Positions 52,348 to 64,000 of a stretch of 64,000 bases of DNA are shown piece by piece. The position numbers were made by a program, and so were the translations under genes. The DNA is from Octopus vulgaris. Its lineage: Eukaryota. Under the pieces are notes generated by a model. That model was not told where the DNA came from, made no database searches, and saw only the letters and a program-made list of their open reading frames with translations. The DNA is taken from assembly GCA_951406725.2 (NCBI GenBank), contig OX597822.1, forward strand, positions 67,208,001 to 67,272,000. Reading direction: 5' to 3'. How positions within the stretch are numbered: position 1 is the stretch's first letter; each line of letters opens with the position of its first letter.

Positions 52348-52606
52348 ATATCACTAATATTTCTTCTGCTGCTGTAATTATTCCATAAAAAATATAAATA
52401 TTAACAAACTGTAAACGTTGCTGTTGTTTAGTTGTTTCCAATATTGTTGATCTTGTGGTAGTTGTAGTGACATTGTTTGCGGTCGTGTTGGTTGGTGGTG
52501 TTGGTGGTAGTCAAGATTTCACTCCTGTTGCAGCAATTTTTTTTTTAAATAATATTTGTTATTAGTGTTACTTTTATTGTTGTTATCACTGTTTATTTGC
52601 TGTTGC

Positions 52607-52639
<33 letters not shown>

Positions 52640-52950
52640 CATTATTATTATTATTATTGTTGTTGTTGTTTATGCTATTATTATTGGTATTATCATTATT
52701 GTTATTATTATTAATGTTATTGTTATTATGATTGTTATTATTATTATTGTTCTTATTATTATTGTTGTTATTATTATTATTGTTATTGTTATTATTATTA
52801 CTATTATTATTATTGTTATCATTATTATTGTTATTATTATTATTGTTATCATTATTGTTGTTATTATTTTTGTTATTATTATTATTATTATTATTATTGA
52901 TATTATTATTATTATTATTATCATTATGGCTGTTGTTGTTGTTGTTGTTG
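51865..52950. repeat. (CTT)n/(CTA)n/(ATT)n/(GTT)n low-complexity cluster
   Basis: Direct reading. Confidence 0.93.
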
Positions 52951-53699
52951 CGATCTTTGTTATTCTCTTAAATCTAATTCCTTGTTGTTTTATAGACATT
53001 ATTAAAAAGAAATACATATTCCTGCTTATACTGAAGAATTCATCTGGAAGTTTTATATTTGACACAATGCAACATCTCTACTCGCATCGCCAACTCCAAC
53101 ATATGTCAATTCTCTGTCATACTCTTTGTTTACTGCTGTTTTTCTTTTGATTCTCTTTTCATTTTCTTCTTATTCTGTTCACAATTTACATTCCACCACT
53201 CTTATTTCTGACATTCCTCATTAGATATTTATATGCAATTTTCTATTTAGGTAATATATATATATATTTTTTTTTTTTAATTGAATATGTGTTTCGTGAA
53301 GTGAAGTAAAATAAATATCTAACGTTTTGAATAATATAGGGAAGACACATTGCAATATCCCAGATCGTTTGAATTTGTCATTCCTCATACCATAAAGTAT
53401 TCAATTTTACGGACTCTGGGCTTAATCCACTACTAGGTTTAACATCTCTACAATTATTTGCTTCTAAGCTAGCATTATTTCACCTTAAGGTTTAACATGT
53501 TGCCGATATAAGTGCCTTTTGTGGAATTCGCTTTGATTCAGACAGACCACTTATCTCCTCCTCGGCTTATTCTACCCTGGAGATTTAGAGACAGAAAGAA
53601 TTTTCTTGTTGGGTTATCGAAGATCTGGGAGAGAATGTAATGGTTGTAGCTAATCCCACCTTTAATAGGATACAAAAATACTCAAATATACATACACAC

Positions 53700-53963
53700 G
53701 GACTCTTTTACGTGTTTCAGGCATTTGACTGTAGCAATGCTGGAGCACCACCTTTAGTCGAGCAAATTGACCCCAGGACTTATTTTTTGTAAGCCTAGTA
53801 CTTATTCTATCGGTCTCTTTTGCCGAACCGCTAAGTTACGGAGACGTAGACTCACCAGCATCGGTTGTCAAGCGATGTTGGGGGGACAAACACAGACACA
53901 AAAACATATACGCACACACATGAATACATACATATATAGACACACACACACACACACACACAC

Positions 53964-54022
<59 letters not shown>

Positions 54023-54158
54023 GACGGGCTTCTTTCAGTTTCCGTCAACCAAATCCACTCACAAGGCTTTGATCGGCCCGAAGCTATAGTAGAAGACACT
54101 TGCCCAAGGTGCCACGCAGTGGGACTGAACCTGGAACCATGTGGTTATTAAGCAAGTA
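53700..54158 (-). mobile_element. SINE A
   Basis: Aligns to the reverse complement of the 3562 copy. Confidence 0.92.
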
Positions 54159-54402
54159 GTAAGTAACGTATTTTTCCTTTAAATATGGTTGCTAAAAGTA
54201 GTGAAATATTTTCCTTTCATAAGTGAACACATTGGAAATTAAATCTCAAGATATGCGGTCTGAAACTAAGCCATGGCTTTGAAATTACGAAGGCCATACC
54301 TAAGGTGTCTGGTTTATCAGAGCTCATCTGTAGAACAACAACTGCATTAAATCTATAGCAAAAACACAATGCAGGTATTAAACAATAGCAAATATTTAAG
54401 AG

Positions 54403-54720
54403 TGGAGGCACAATGGCCCAGTGGTTAGGGCACCGGGCTCGCAGTCGGAAGATCGCGGTTTCGATTCCCAGACCGGGCGTCGTGTGTGTTTATTGAGCGA
54501 AAACACCTAAAGCTCCACGAGGCTCCCGCAGGGGGTGGTGAGGACCCCTGCTGTACTTTTTCGCCCCAACTTTCTCTCACTCTCTGTCCTCGCTTCTTGA
54601 GTAACGCTGCGATGTACTGGCGTGCCGTATAGCTGGGAAGAACACATACGCCACAGAAACCGGGAAACCGGGCCCATGAGCCTGGCTAGGCTTGAAAAGG
54701 GCGCATAAATAAATAAAAAT
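54403..54720 (+). mobile_element. SINE C head plus tail V2
   Basis: ggaggcacaatggcccagtggttaggg...ggtttcgattccc; tail gggcccatgagcctggctaggctt; imperfect TSD aaatatttaagag / aaatattaaaagag. Confidence 0.88.
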
Positions 54721-55066
54721 ATTAAAAGAGAACCATGTCAAACACTTCCAGTTATTGCTATAATCTAGGTCTCTCTACTATTCTTCCCCATGCGACTAAT
54801 TAATACAAAATATTAACTGTTCCTGGAAAACCCGCAACGTCGAACAAATTGTATATACCTTAACCATTAAATAGTAGAGGACGTAGCGGTTATAAACAGC
54901 TACTCTATCGAAATTATGGATAGCTGTATATCTCCAAAGTAAAGTAATTGTTTTGTTATTGTTTAGGCCCATGTAACACTTAATTATGCTACCCAATGTC
55001 ATACGTTTTCGAGCAGTAACATCTTGTGTTGAATGTTTTTACACATATTTTGTACAATAAACTACA

Positions 55067-55460
55067 TAGGCGCAGGAGTGGCTGTGTGTGAAAATAGCTT
55101 GCTTAAAAAACACATGATTCTGGGTTCAATCCCACTGCGTGGCACCTCGGGTGAGTGTCTTCTTCTATAGCCTCGGGCCGACCAAAGCCTTGTGAGTGGA
55201 TTTGGTAGACGGAAACTGAAAGAAGCCCGTCGTATAAATATATATATATGTATGTGTGTATATGTTTGTGTCTCTGCTTGACAACCGATGCTGGTGTGTT
55301 TATATCCCCGTAACACAACGGTTCGGCAAAAGTCACCGATAGAATAAGCACTAGGCTTACAAAGAATAAGTCCTGGGGGTCGACTTGCTCGACTAAAGGC
55401 GGTGCTCCAGCATGGCCGTAGTCAAATCACTGAAACATGTAAAAGAGTAAAGAGAAGGAG
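55067..55460 (+). mobile_element. SINE A, full length
   Basis: Head and gtaaaagagtaaagag tail present. Confidence 0.93.
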
Positions 55461-55674
55461 TATAAAATATATTGTTGAACATGGAATTTGCTGAAGATTT
55501 GGCTGCTAATTATAGCAGAATGATTGAGATATGTTGTGCCAACTTTCTGCTGAAGAACACCTTTTACCATATTTTTGGAATGACTACGTTTTTCCCAAGA
55601 TTTTCAGCGTCAATAGAGAGGCATTCCAAATAATATAAATCTGGAACACTTGTATATTTTAAAAATTAGCCCAC

Positions 55675-55828
55675 TTGACTGTGTGGTAGGAAGTTTGCTT
55701 CTCAAACACATGGTTCCTGGTTCAGTCTCACTGCATGGTACCTTGAGCAAGTGTTTTCTACCAATATGCCTTGGACTGACCAAAGCCTTGTGAGTAGATT
55801 TGAAAGAAACCTGTCGTATGTGTTTGTT

Positions 55829-55892
<64 letters not shown>

Positions 55893-56102
55893 GCGTCTGT
55901 GTTTGTCTCCTGTCACCGCTTGACAACAGGTATTAATATGCTTACATCCCCATAACTTCGCGGTTCGGCAAAGAGACCGATAGAATTAGTACTAGGCTAG
56001 AAAAAAATAAGTACTGGGGTCGATTCTTTCGACTAAATATTCAAGGCAGTGCTCCAGCATGACCGCAGTCTAATGACTGAAAAGGGTTAAAGAATAAAAG
56101 AT
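55675..56102 (+). mobile_element. SINE A, older variant
   Basis: Diverged head, (TG)n centre and tail. Confidence 0.88.
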
Positions 56103-56316
56103 ACATATGCATTAACTTCGCTTGAAATTTGAAAATCACTCCATTCTAAAGTCGATGGGGATTCTACCGTAGTTTACAAGTTCAGACGTAGGCTGTTAAA
56201 ATAATGGTTTTTAAGATGCTATATTTAAGCAACAACATAATTTAAGTTACAACAATTTACGTTACAAGCTTTTGTGGAGTTTGTCTTGAATGTAAGTAAT
56301 ATTTTATGGCTTAAAA

Positions 56317-56530
56317 GGCGGCGAGCGGGCAGAAACTTTAGCACGCCGGGCAAAATAATTAGCAGCATTTCGTCTGTGTTTACGTTCTGGGTTCAAATTC
56401 CGTCGAGGTCGATTTTGCCTTTCATGATTTCGGGATCGCTAAATTAAGTACCTGTTGCGTACTCGTATCGATCTAAACGACTGGCCCCCTCCCCAAGAGT
56501 TTGGGTCCTTTTTTGCCTACAGTAGAAAAT
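56317..56530 (+). mobile_element. SINE B, short form
   Basis: TSD aatattttatg(g/a)ctta on both sides. Confidence 0.9.
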
Positions 56531-56667
56531 AATATTTTATGACTTATATTAGTTACCTTTCACAATCTAAACATTTCGCAATTAATAACATATTAAAAGC
56601 AAAAAAATTGCGATTATTTCCTTATTTCTTTATTTTGAATATGTGAAAGCTAAAAACGTATCTGTAT

Positions 56668-56948
<281 letters not shown>

Positions 56949-57595
56949 TAAAGCCTCTCAATTGTATTTTTAATTGTATTCCAAAAGGAGTAAAAGATAA
57001 GCCACCGCAAACTTCAAATTAGTTCGTAAGGTATTAAAACAGAAAGACTCTCCCCAGACACAACAAAACTTTAAGTAGTTTGTACGTTCATTATATTTTA
57101 TATATTCATACATCACAACAATTTGTACTTGTCATGCACATTAAATCGTACACCTGACGATGATGATAATGATGATGACGATGATGACGATGACGACCAT
57201 GACGATGATGATGATGACGACGATAATGAAATTAATAATAATTAAAATTTGAACACGGTTGGCAATATTTTTTGCTTCATGAAAATTGAAAAGAAAAGGA
57301 AATACATTCGGTGGTGCTTCAAAAGTTAAAGATGAAATTATATTTAGTTATTATATGGAAAACTTTGCCGCAAGGATCTACGGTAACTATATTAAAAGTA
57401 GATAGTTTCGAGAGAATTGTGATATTCTAGCGATAAGACAAATACTGAAATGTGAGAAAGAAATTTTGAAGTAGAAATAGATGGGAATGCGTCCTGATGA
57501 AGAACACAAGAGAAGGAGATGAAGAAATTATATGCGTATATGTATGTACAAGTATAGAAAGTATACGTTCATGAGTATGTACGTGTGTGAATGTG

Positions 57596-57627
<32 letters not shown>

Positions 57628-57846
57628 TGTGTTTACATGTATATATATGTAGGTGTGTGGGTGTGATCAGATATATGTATATTTGTGTATGTACAGATAG
57701 ATGGATAGATTGATAGATAGATAGATAGATATATAGATAGGTAGAGAGATAGAGAAGATAGATAGATAGAGACTTGGCTTGTATATGAACGTTTGTGTAT
57801 ATATGTACGTTTACGTATATTTGTATATTAAATGATAGAACGATCA

Positions 57847-57958
<112 letters not shown>

Positions 57959-59061
57959 ATGCTTGTATATGTACGCTTATATATATAAAGGAATATACAT
58001 GAATATATATATATATATTCGTGTGTGTGTGTTCGTGTGTAGAGCTCTGTGTGTGTACGTGTGCTTGCATGTATGAACACGCAAACATGCAAACGTCTGT
58101 ATGCACAAATGCGTATGCATGTTTACGAATCTGAAACAGAGCCGTGGGATGAACCATAAAAATAGATAGAATAGTAAGAGATAAGATAACTGTTGAATAT
58201 GGAATCTACTGAAATCTGATTATGCCTACGACTAATCAATTCTTAAGTAATTCGGAAATGTTGCAGAAAAACATATTAATATGATTAACAGTGAGGGCAA
58301 ACAAATCTATTTATTATAATTAACATTATTGCCAAAGAACTCTTATATTCATTATGTATTTTATTTCTTAGTACATTACCTTCTATCCGAGAAGAAATTT
58401 CACCTGGGGTATTCAAAATCAAATGGAGCTATTATATCGTGGTAATATCAATTATGTTATTCATAAAGTTTTACAGATAAACAACTCATGTGTTTCGCTC
58501 CTTTGATAACGTATTATTTCATTAATTCGTTGCAATATAAATTGTTTGTACGAATCATATATTCTTCTTTTTCAAATTTTTAAATTTTCATGCATATTTA
58601 TTTCAATAGTTGGAAGAATATAAAATATACTTGAATTTCCTTTCTAAGTATATTCAGTGGCAATTTTACAAATGATACGCTTGTTTGAGGCAGTAAATTC
58701 AATATTCTTTCATCTACCACATACGTTTTAACAAAATAAAGCCTATTTTCCTCTGCCGTTTTGTCGAGTGACTGGGTGAGATAAATCGATTTTGATGTCA
58801 ACAAGTTATTTTAACTCTTTTGCTTAAGAATTCTGAACGGGTCAATATAATGATTTTAACCTCGGTCTCTGCCTTCTTCCTCTCTTTCGTCGTCAACTGT
58901 CTGGACATCACTTTGGTCAATTGAATCTTAATTAGAATAAGCACTGAATAACTAATAATTAATTCACTAGTATCTACTGGTTGTTGAAGCTCTACAATAA
59001 AAATATTTGGCTTTATATCTGACAGTTCCGCTAAACAAGCGAACAGACACATTTGCCATAA

Positions 59062-59211
59062 CTCCTCAAACACAAGGTCAGTACGTCTGACAATCAAAAG
59101 ATTTAAAGTAAATTTCTATACAAACATACATATTCACACGGGGCAGCCTTTCCTAGAAGGTTTCATCCTGATATTTATATGGTACTACACACATAGCTTA
59201 CATACACACGA

Positions 59212-59289
<78 letters not shown>

Positions 59290-59433
59290 ATACACACACA
59301 TATATGTGTATGTATACGGGAGTGATTTTGTCTGTGTATCTGTGCATTTATTTATACATATATACTTTTGTATGTATGCATGTGGAGTTTTGTGTGTATG
59401 TGCATATCTGTGTTCGTGCCACAAATTTACTAT

Positions 59434-59497
<64 letters not shown>

Positions 59498-59698
59498 ATT
59501 CCTTCATGCTTGTGCGACGAGACGCATTTTCGCTCTGTTTTCTTAATTCTCCTCAAACACAAGGTCAGTACGTCTGACAATCAAAAGATTTAAAGTAAAT
59601 TTCTATACAAACATACATATTCACACGGGGCAGCCTTTCCTAGAAGGTTTCATCCTGATATTTATATGGTACTACACACATAGCTTACATACACACGA

Positions 59699-59738
<40 letters not shown>

Positions 59739-59912
59739 ACACACACACACACATACACACACACACTGATACACACACATATATGTGTATGTATACGGGA
59801 GTGATTTTGTCTGTGTATCTGTGCATTTATTTATACATATATACTTTTGTATGTATGCATGTGGAGTTTTGTGTGTATGTGCATATCTGTGTTCGTGCCA
59901 CAAATTTACTAT

Positions 59913-59950
<38 letters not shown>

Positions 59951-60003
59951 ATTCCTTCATGCTTGTGCGACGAGACGCATTTTCGCTCTGTTTTCTTAAT
60001 TCT
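59062..60003. repeat. Direct tandem duplication (59062-59550 and 59549-60003)
   Basis: Unique parts appear identical; only the (CA)n and (TA)n tracts differ. Confidence 0.95.
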
Positions 60004-60059
60004 GCAAGCTTTCATAAGGCTTCTAGCATGCAACCCCAGAAATATAAACATTATAATAT

Positions 60060-60530
60060 ATATTATGATATTTCTGAAACGCAGTATTCTCAACTGCTCT
60101 GCCCAATCCATCTCCACTCTCCAGGATACACTACCTATATAAATATTTCGCTAAATGTGATGTCTACACATGTGGACACCCTGTATCTCACTTCTCTTCA
60201 GATTTCAAGAATACTGACTATTGGTTACTCCGGATGAAAGTCTTCCGCCCTCGTTCCCTCATCCAGACGCATTGGATCCTATCTCTGTGTTCTGTCACCC
60301 CCCCCCTACCTCGTTGTGCACAAACGCTTTACTCTGTACTAACGGTTAACTCCAATTTTTCTACCGGCAAACATTGGCTTACTGAAATCTCCTCCCGCCT
60401 AGGGTATTTCCCGCAGCCAGTGATGAGCAAAATTTTGAACGAAACATTAGCGGCACCAACTCTACTAGTCTCGGATAGTCTGCAACGCCCCAGGGCAGAC
60501 AGTTTTGTGTTCGGTTTTCATTAAGTACCC
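60060..60530 (+). mobile_element. Possible decayed LINE APE endonuclease fragment
   Basis: ISETQ...LHSPGY and LTVNSNF..KHWL resemble the APE SET and GDFN..H..W motifs. Confidence 0.35.
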
Positions 60531-60583
60531 TGCACAAAACTTGGTATTTCTGTAGCATTCTGTCAATCAAAAAATAATCTAAG

Positions 60584-60632
<49 letters not shown>

Positions 60633-60919
60633 TTTTATGTTTAGTTTTGATTAAAACAATTTTACATTACTCTAATGAATTATTCTAAATTTTGTAGAGA
60701 AGTGTATTATTATTATATAAGAATGTTGTTGATAGTCACTTCGAAGTTTCGGCCAGCTAAGCTATCGCCCGACGATGTCTTCGCTGAGCGAAACTTCGAA
60801 GCCAATGTCAACAACCCTCTTGTATGCTTATGTGTGTGTGCTTATTTTGAACAGACATAGGTTTGGAGTTTTATCTATCCCATTTCTTCCATATACATAT
60901 GCATACATACATATGTATG

Positions 60920-60976
<57 letters not shown>

Positions 60977-61593
60977 ACAGACAGACAGAGAGACAGACAG
61001 ACAGATAGATAGATAAGTAGATAGATAGATAAACAGACAGACAGACAGACAAAGAGACAGACAGACAGACAGTTAGATAGATAAGTAGATAGATAGATAG
61101 ATAGATAGATACATACATACATACATACATACATACATACATTATACATACATACATACATTATACATACATACATACATACATACATACATACATACAT
61201 ACATACATACATACATACATACATACATACATACATGTATAGGCAAGCAGACAGAAAAATAGATGCGCGATGGTCTGTGTGTATAATAAAACATTTATAT
61301 GTAATGAAATAGTCGGATGTTAGTTTCTACAGATTGATCAATGAGAATTAGTACAACATTCCGCAAAGGGTTACAATTATAGTGAATACAAATATACAAA
61401 ACTCTACTAATTTTCCACATCAAAGGCATATATCGGAAATTTATGAATCAATTAATCTTTATGTCAAAATGACGAAATCGTTAACAAATAGTTGCTTATA
61501 TATATGACTTGGCGAGATATTGTGAATTGTTTCTCCTTTATCAGCAAGTGCCTGCTTTCGTTGTGTCGTTCAGCAATATGTGCGTTTTATATA

Positions 61594-61656
<63 letters not shown>

Positions 61657-61912
61657 GTATATATATATATATATGTATATATATACTTATATATATGTAT
61701 ATATATATACTTATATGTATATATATATACTTATATATATGTATATATAAGTATATATATATATATGCATATATTTCATATACTTAAATACATACATATA
61801 TATATATATATATATATGCATATATGTATATATATATATATAAATATATATATATGCTTATGTATGTATATATACATATATGCATATATAAATGTATATA
61901 AATGTATATATT
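60920..61912. repeat. (TAGA)n, (CATA)n and degenerate (TA)n tracts
   Basis: Direct reading (60920-61236 and 61590-61912). Confidence 0.93.
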
Positions 61913-61932
61913 AGTGTATATTCAGTTCATCC

Positions 61933-62142
61933 CTTTACTTGTTTCAGTCATTTGACTGTGACCATGCTGGAGCACAGCCTTTAGTCGAACAAATCGACCC
62001 GAGGACTTATTCTTTGTTAGCCTAGTATTTATTCTATTGGGATCTTTTGACGAACCGCTAGGGTACTGGGATGTAAACGCACCAGCATAGGTTGTCAAGT
62101 GATGTTAGGGGGGACAAACACGCACACACACACACACACATG

Positions 62143-62184
<42 letters not shown>

Positions 62185-62351
62185 CATTTATATACGACGG
62201 GCTTCTTTCAGCTTCCGTCTATCAAATCCACTCACAAGTCTTTGGTCGACCCGAGGATATAGAAGACACTCACCCAAGGTGCCGCGCAGTGGGACTGAAC
62301 CCTGAACCATGTGTTTGGTAAGCAAGCTACTTACTACACAGCCACTCCTAT
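61933..62351 (-). mobile_element. SINE A, plus an opposite-strand 3' fragment at 62380-62560
   Basis: Aligns to the other SINE A copies in the window. Confidence 0.9.
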
Positions 62352-62675
62352 TTACATATATATATATTTATATATATATTTGTGTATGTCATTATGTCTG
62401 TGTATCCCCATCACGACTTGACAACTGGTGTTGTTTTGTTTCCGTCCCTGTAACTTAATGGATTTGGTAAAAATGGTCCATAGAATAGGTACTAGGCTTT
62501 AAAATAATAAGTGTTGCTGTCCATGGGTCTGACTAAAACCCTTCAAAGTTGTACTGCAGCATCAGTTAAACGAGTAACAGAACATGTTCGTATATGTGTG
62601 TGCTCGCATATATTTATATATATCCATATATATATATATATATATCCATATATATATATATATATATATATATAT

Positions 62676-62734
<59 letters not shown>

Positions 62735-62736
<2 letters not shown>

Positions 62737-62975
62737 GGAGTAAACACATAAAGGAATCCCCACCTTTCAACGTGACATGGAGCATTCTGGACAGGGCGGC
62801 ACCATACAGGCATGGAGCATACAAAAATAATTTCAAGTGCAAGCTTTGTCTATTAGAAAAAATGTACATCTTATTCAAAGACAATAATTCTTTGAATCAA
62901 AGAAGTGAGCTAATGAACTTATGTAGGCACGCGGCTAAATTTAAAATGTCGAATATAAATATACCATATGGATAG
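62735..62975 (+). pseudogene. Penelope-like element GIY-YIG endonuclease C-terminal fragment
   Basis: [12 protein letters not shown]...[13 protein letters not shown]...[18 protein letters not shown] matches the C-terminal W.I..RA.PY / CxLCLxEK / LNxRSEL..CRH pattern of PLE ORFs; 5'-truncated at (TA)n. Confidence 0.8.
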
Positions 62976-64000
62976 AGTATATATTTTGTATTTTTGATTT
63001 TGATTTTGACTCTTGAACGATGAGCGCTACGATGGATTTTGTTTCCAAGCTATGCGGATCTTAATCCGTATAGCAAAGTCTTATGTTTCTACATATATAT
63101 TAGGAAAAACCTCCAACTTTGTTTTCATGTTATTGTATTGTATAGGATTACCTTGATTATTTATATTTCCTTGATTATTTATAAATGATCCAAAATAGGA
63201 TGTTATATTTTATTTTATATGTCTTTCGTATATATTTTCATTAATGCACCCATTTTTTAAAAAAAAAGCAATGTTTTTTTAAAAAAAAAGCAATGTTGTC
63301 AAAATTAGAACGTTGATATAAGTATGTGCATAGCAAAGCATATGTATTTGTAAGCATGCGTATCTGTGTATGTGTAAGTGAAAGTATGTTTGTGCTTAAG
63401 CAGACATATACACGACTGTATGTATATGTATCCATTCAAACTTGTGTATGTATACTTGTCTCCATATATGCCAATAATGCCGTTACACTGCTTGTATACA
63501 TAATTTTTTGTTATTTCGTTTTTTTTCCCCACACCTCCTTCGTTCCTTTTCTCTCTCTCCCTTTCTTTCGTTCCTCACCCCTTACTCAGTATATGAGAAT
63601 CGCTACATAGATCAATTTTTTAACTTGCGTGCGAGATGGTTTTGCGTGAATATATGTACACATGCTTTTATGTGTATATTTAGATTTATATTCATACGTC
63701 TGTATACGTATGGCGTTTGCGCGCATAATTTTGTGTATGTTGATATATATATGTAGATTTTAATATAAATATGTATTGCAGTGTAATATTTATAACAGGT
63801 TTAATTTCTATGCATTAATTTGCACTTTCTTCATTAACGTCAATATGTATTTTATTCAATGTAAGGTTTTTTCCTCGGATTTTATAATTTTTATAAGTTT
63901 TTTTATATATATATACATATATTTTTGACCTTTTGTTTATCGCTCGAAGATTGACCGTTTTTTCTAAAGGGCCAATCAAACAAGTCCATTTCTTTTTAAA

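Noticed and set aside
58200-59060. Possible BEL/Pao remnant on minus strand (LTTKERKKAE, ELISRRH)
   Set aside because: Only two weak motifs.

Overview
AT-rich eukaryotic intronic/intergenic DNA with no intact protein-coding gene; almost every ORF in the track is a translated microsatellite. The microsatellite density and SINE repertoire suggest a coleoid cephalopod, probably Octopus (inference, not checked by search). The window holds about 30 copies of four tRNA-headed SINE types (A-D here), decayed LINEs (Dong/R4, two RTEs, APE fragments), a full-length dead mariner, mariner-type MITEs, a DD37/maT-like fragment, a very old Helitron Rep fossil, a possible gypsy integrase remnant and a Penelope-like (PLE) GIY-YIG C-terminus. 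The main hidden signal is roughly a dozen minimal type-I hammerhead ribozyme (HHR) motifs, mostly degenerate and from several unrelated families, often beside (TA)n tracts or in inverted arms typical of PLE pseudo-LTRs. One element (37560-38046) joins a tRNA/Pol III head to an HHR-bearing tail, with an inverted terminal arm and a target-site duplication (TSD): a candidate Penelope-mobilised ribozyme SINE. Also notable: a 2x3 head/tail matrix among SINEs, SINE arrays punctuated by a repeated target motif, a ~130-nt fold-back, a pre-miRNA-like hairpin and a ~480-bp tandem duplication. All calls were made by eye; fossil boundaries are approximate.
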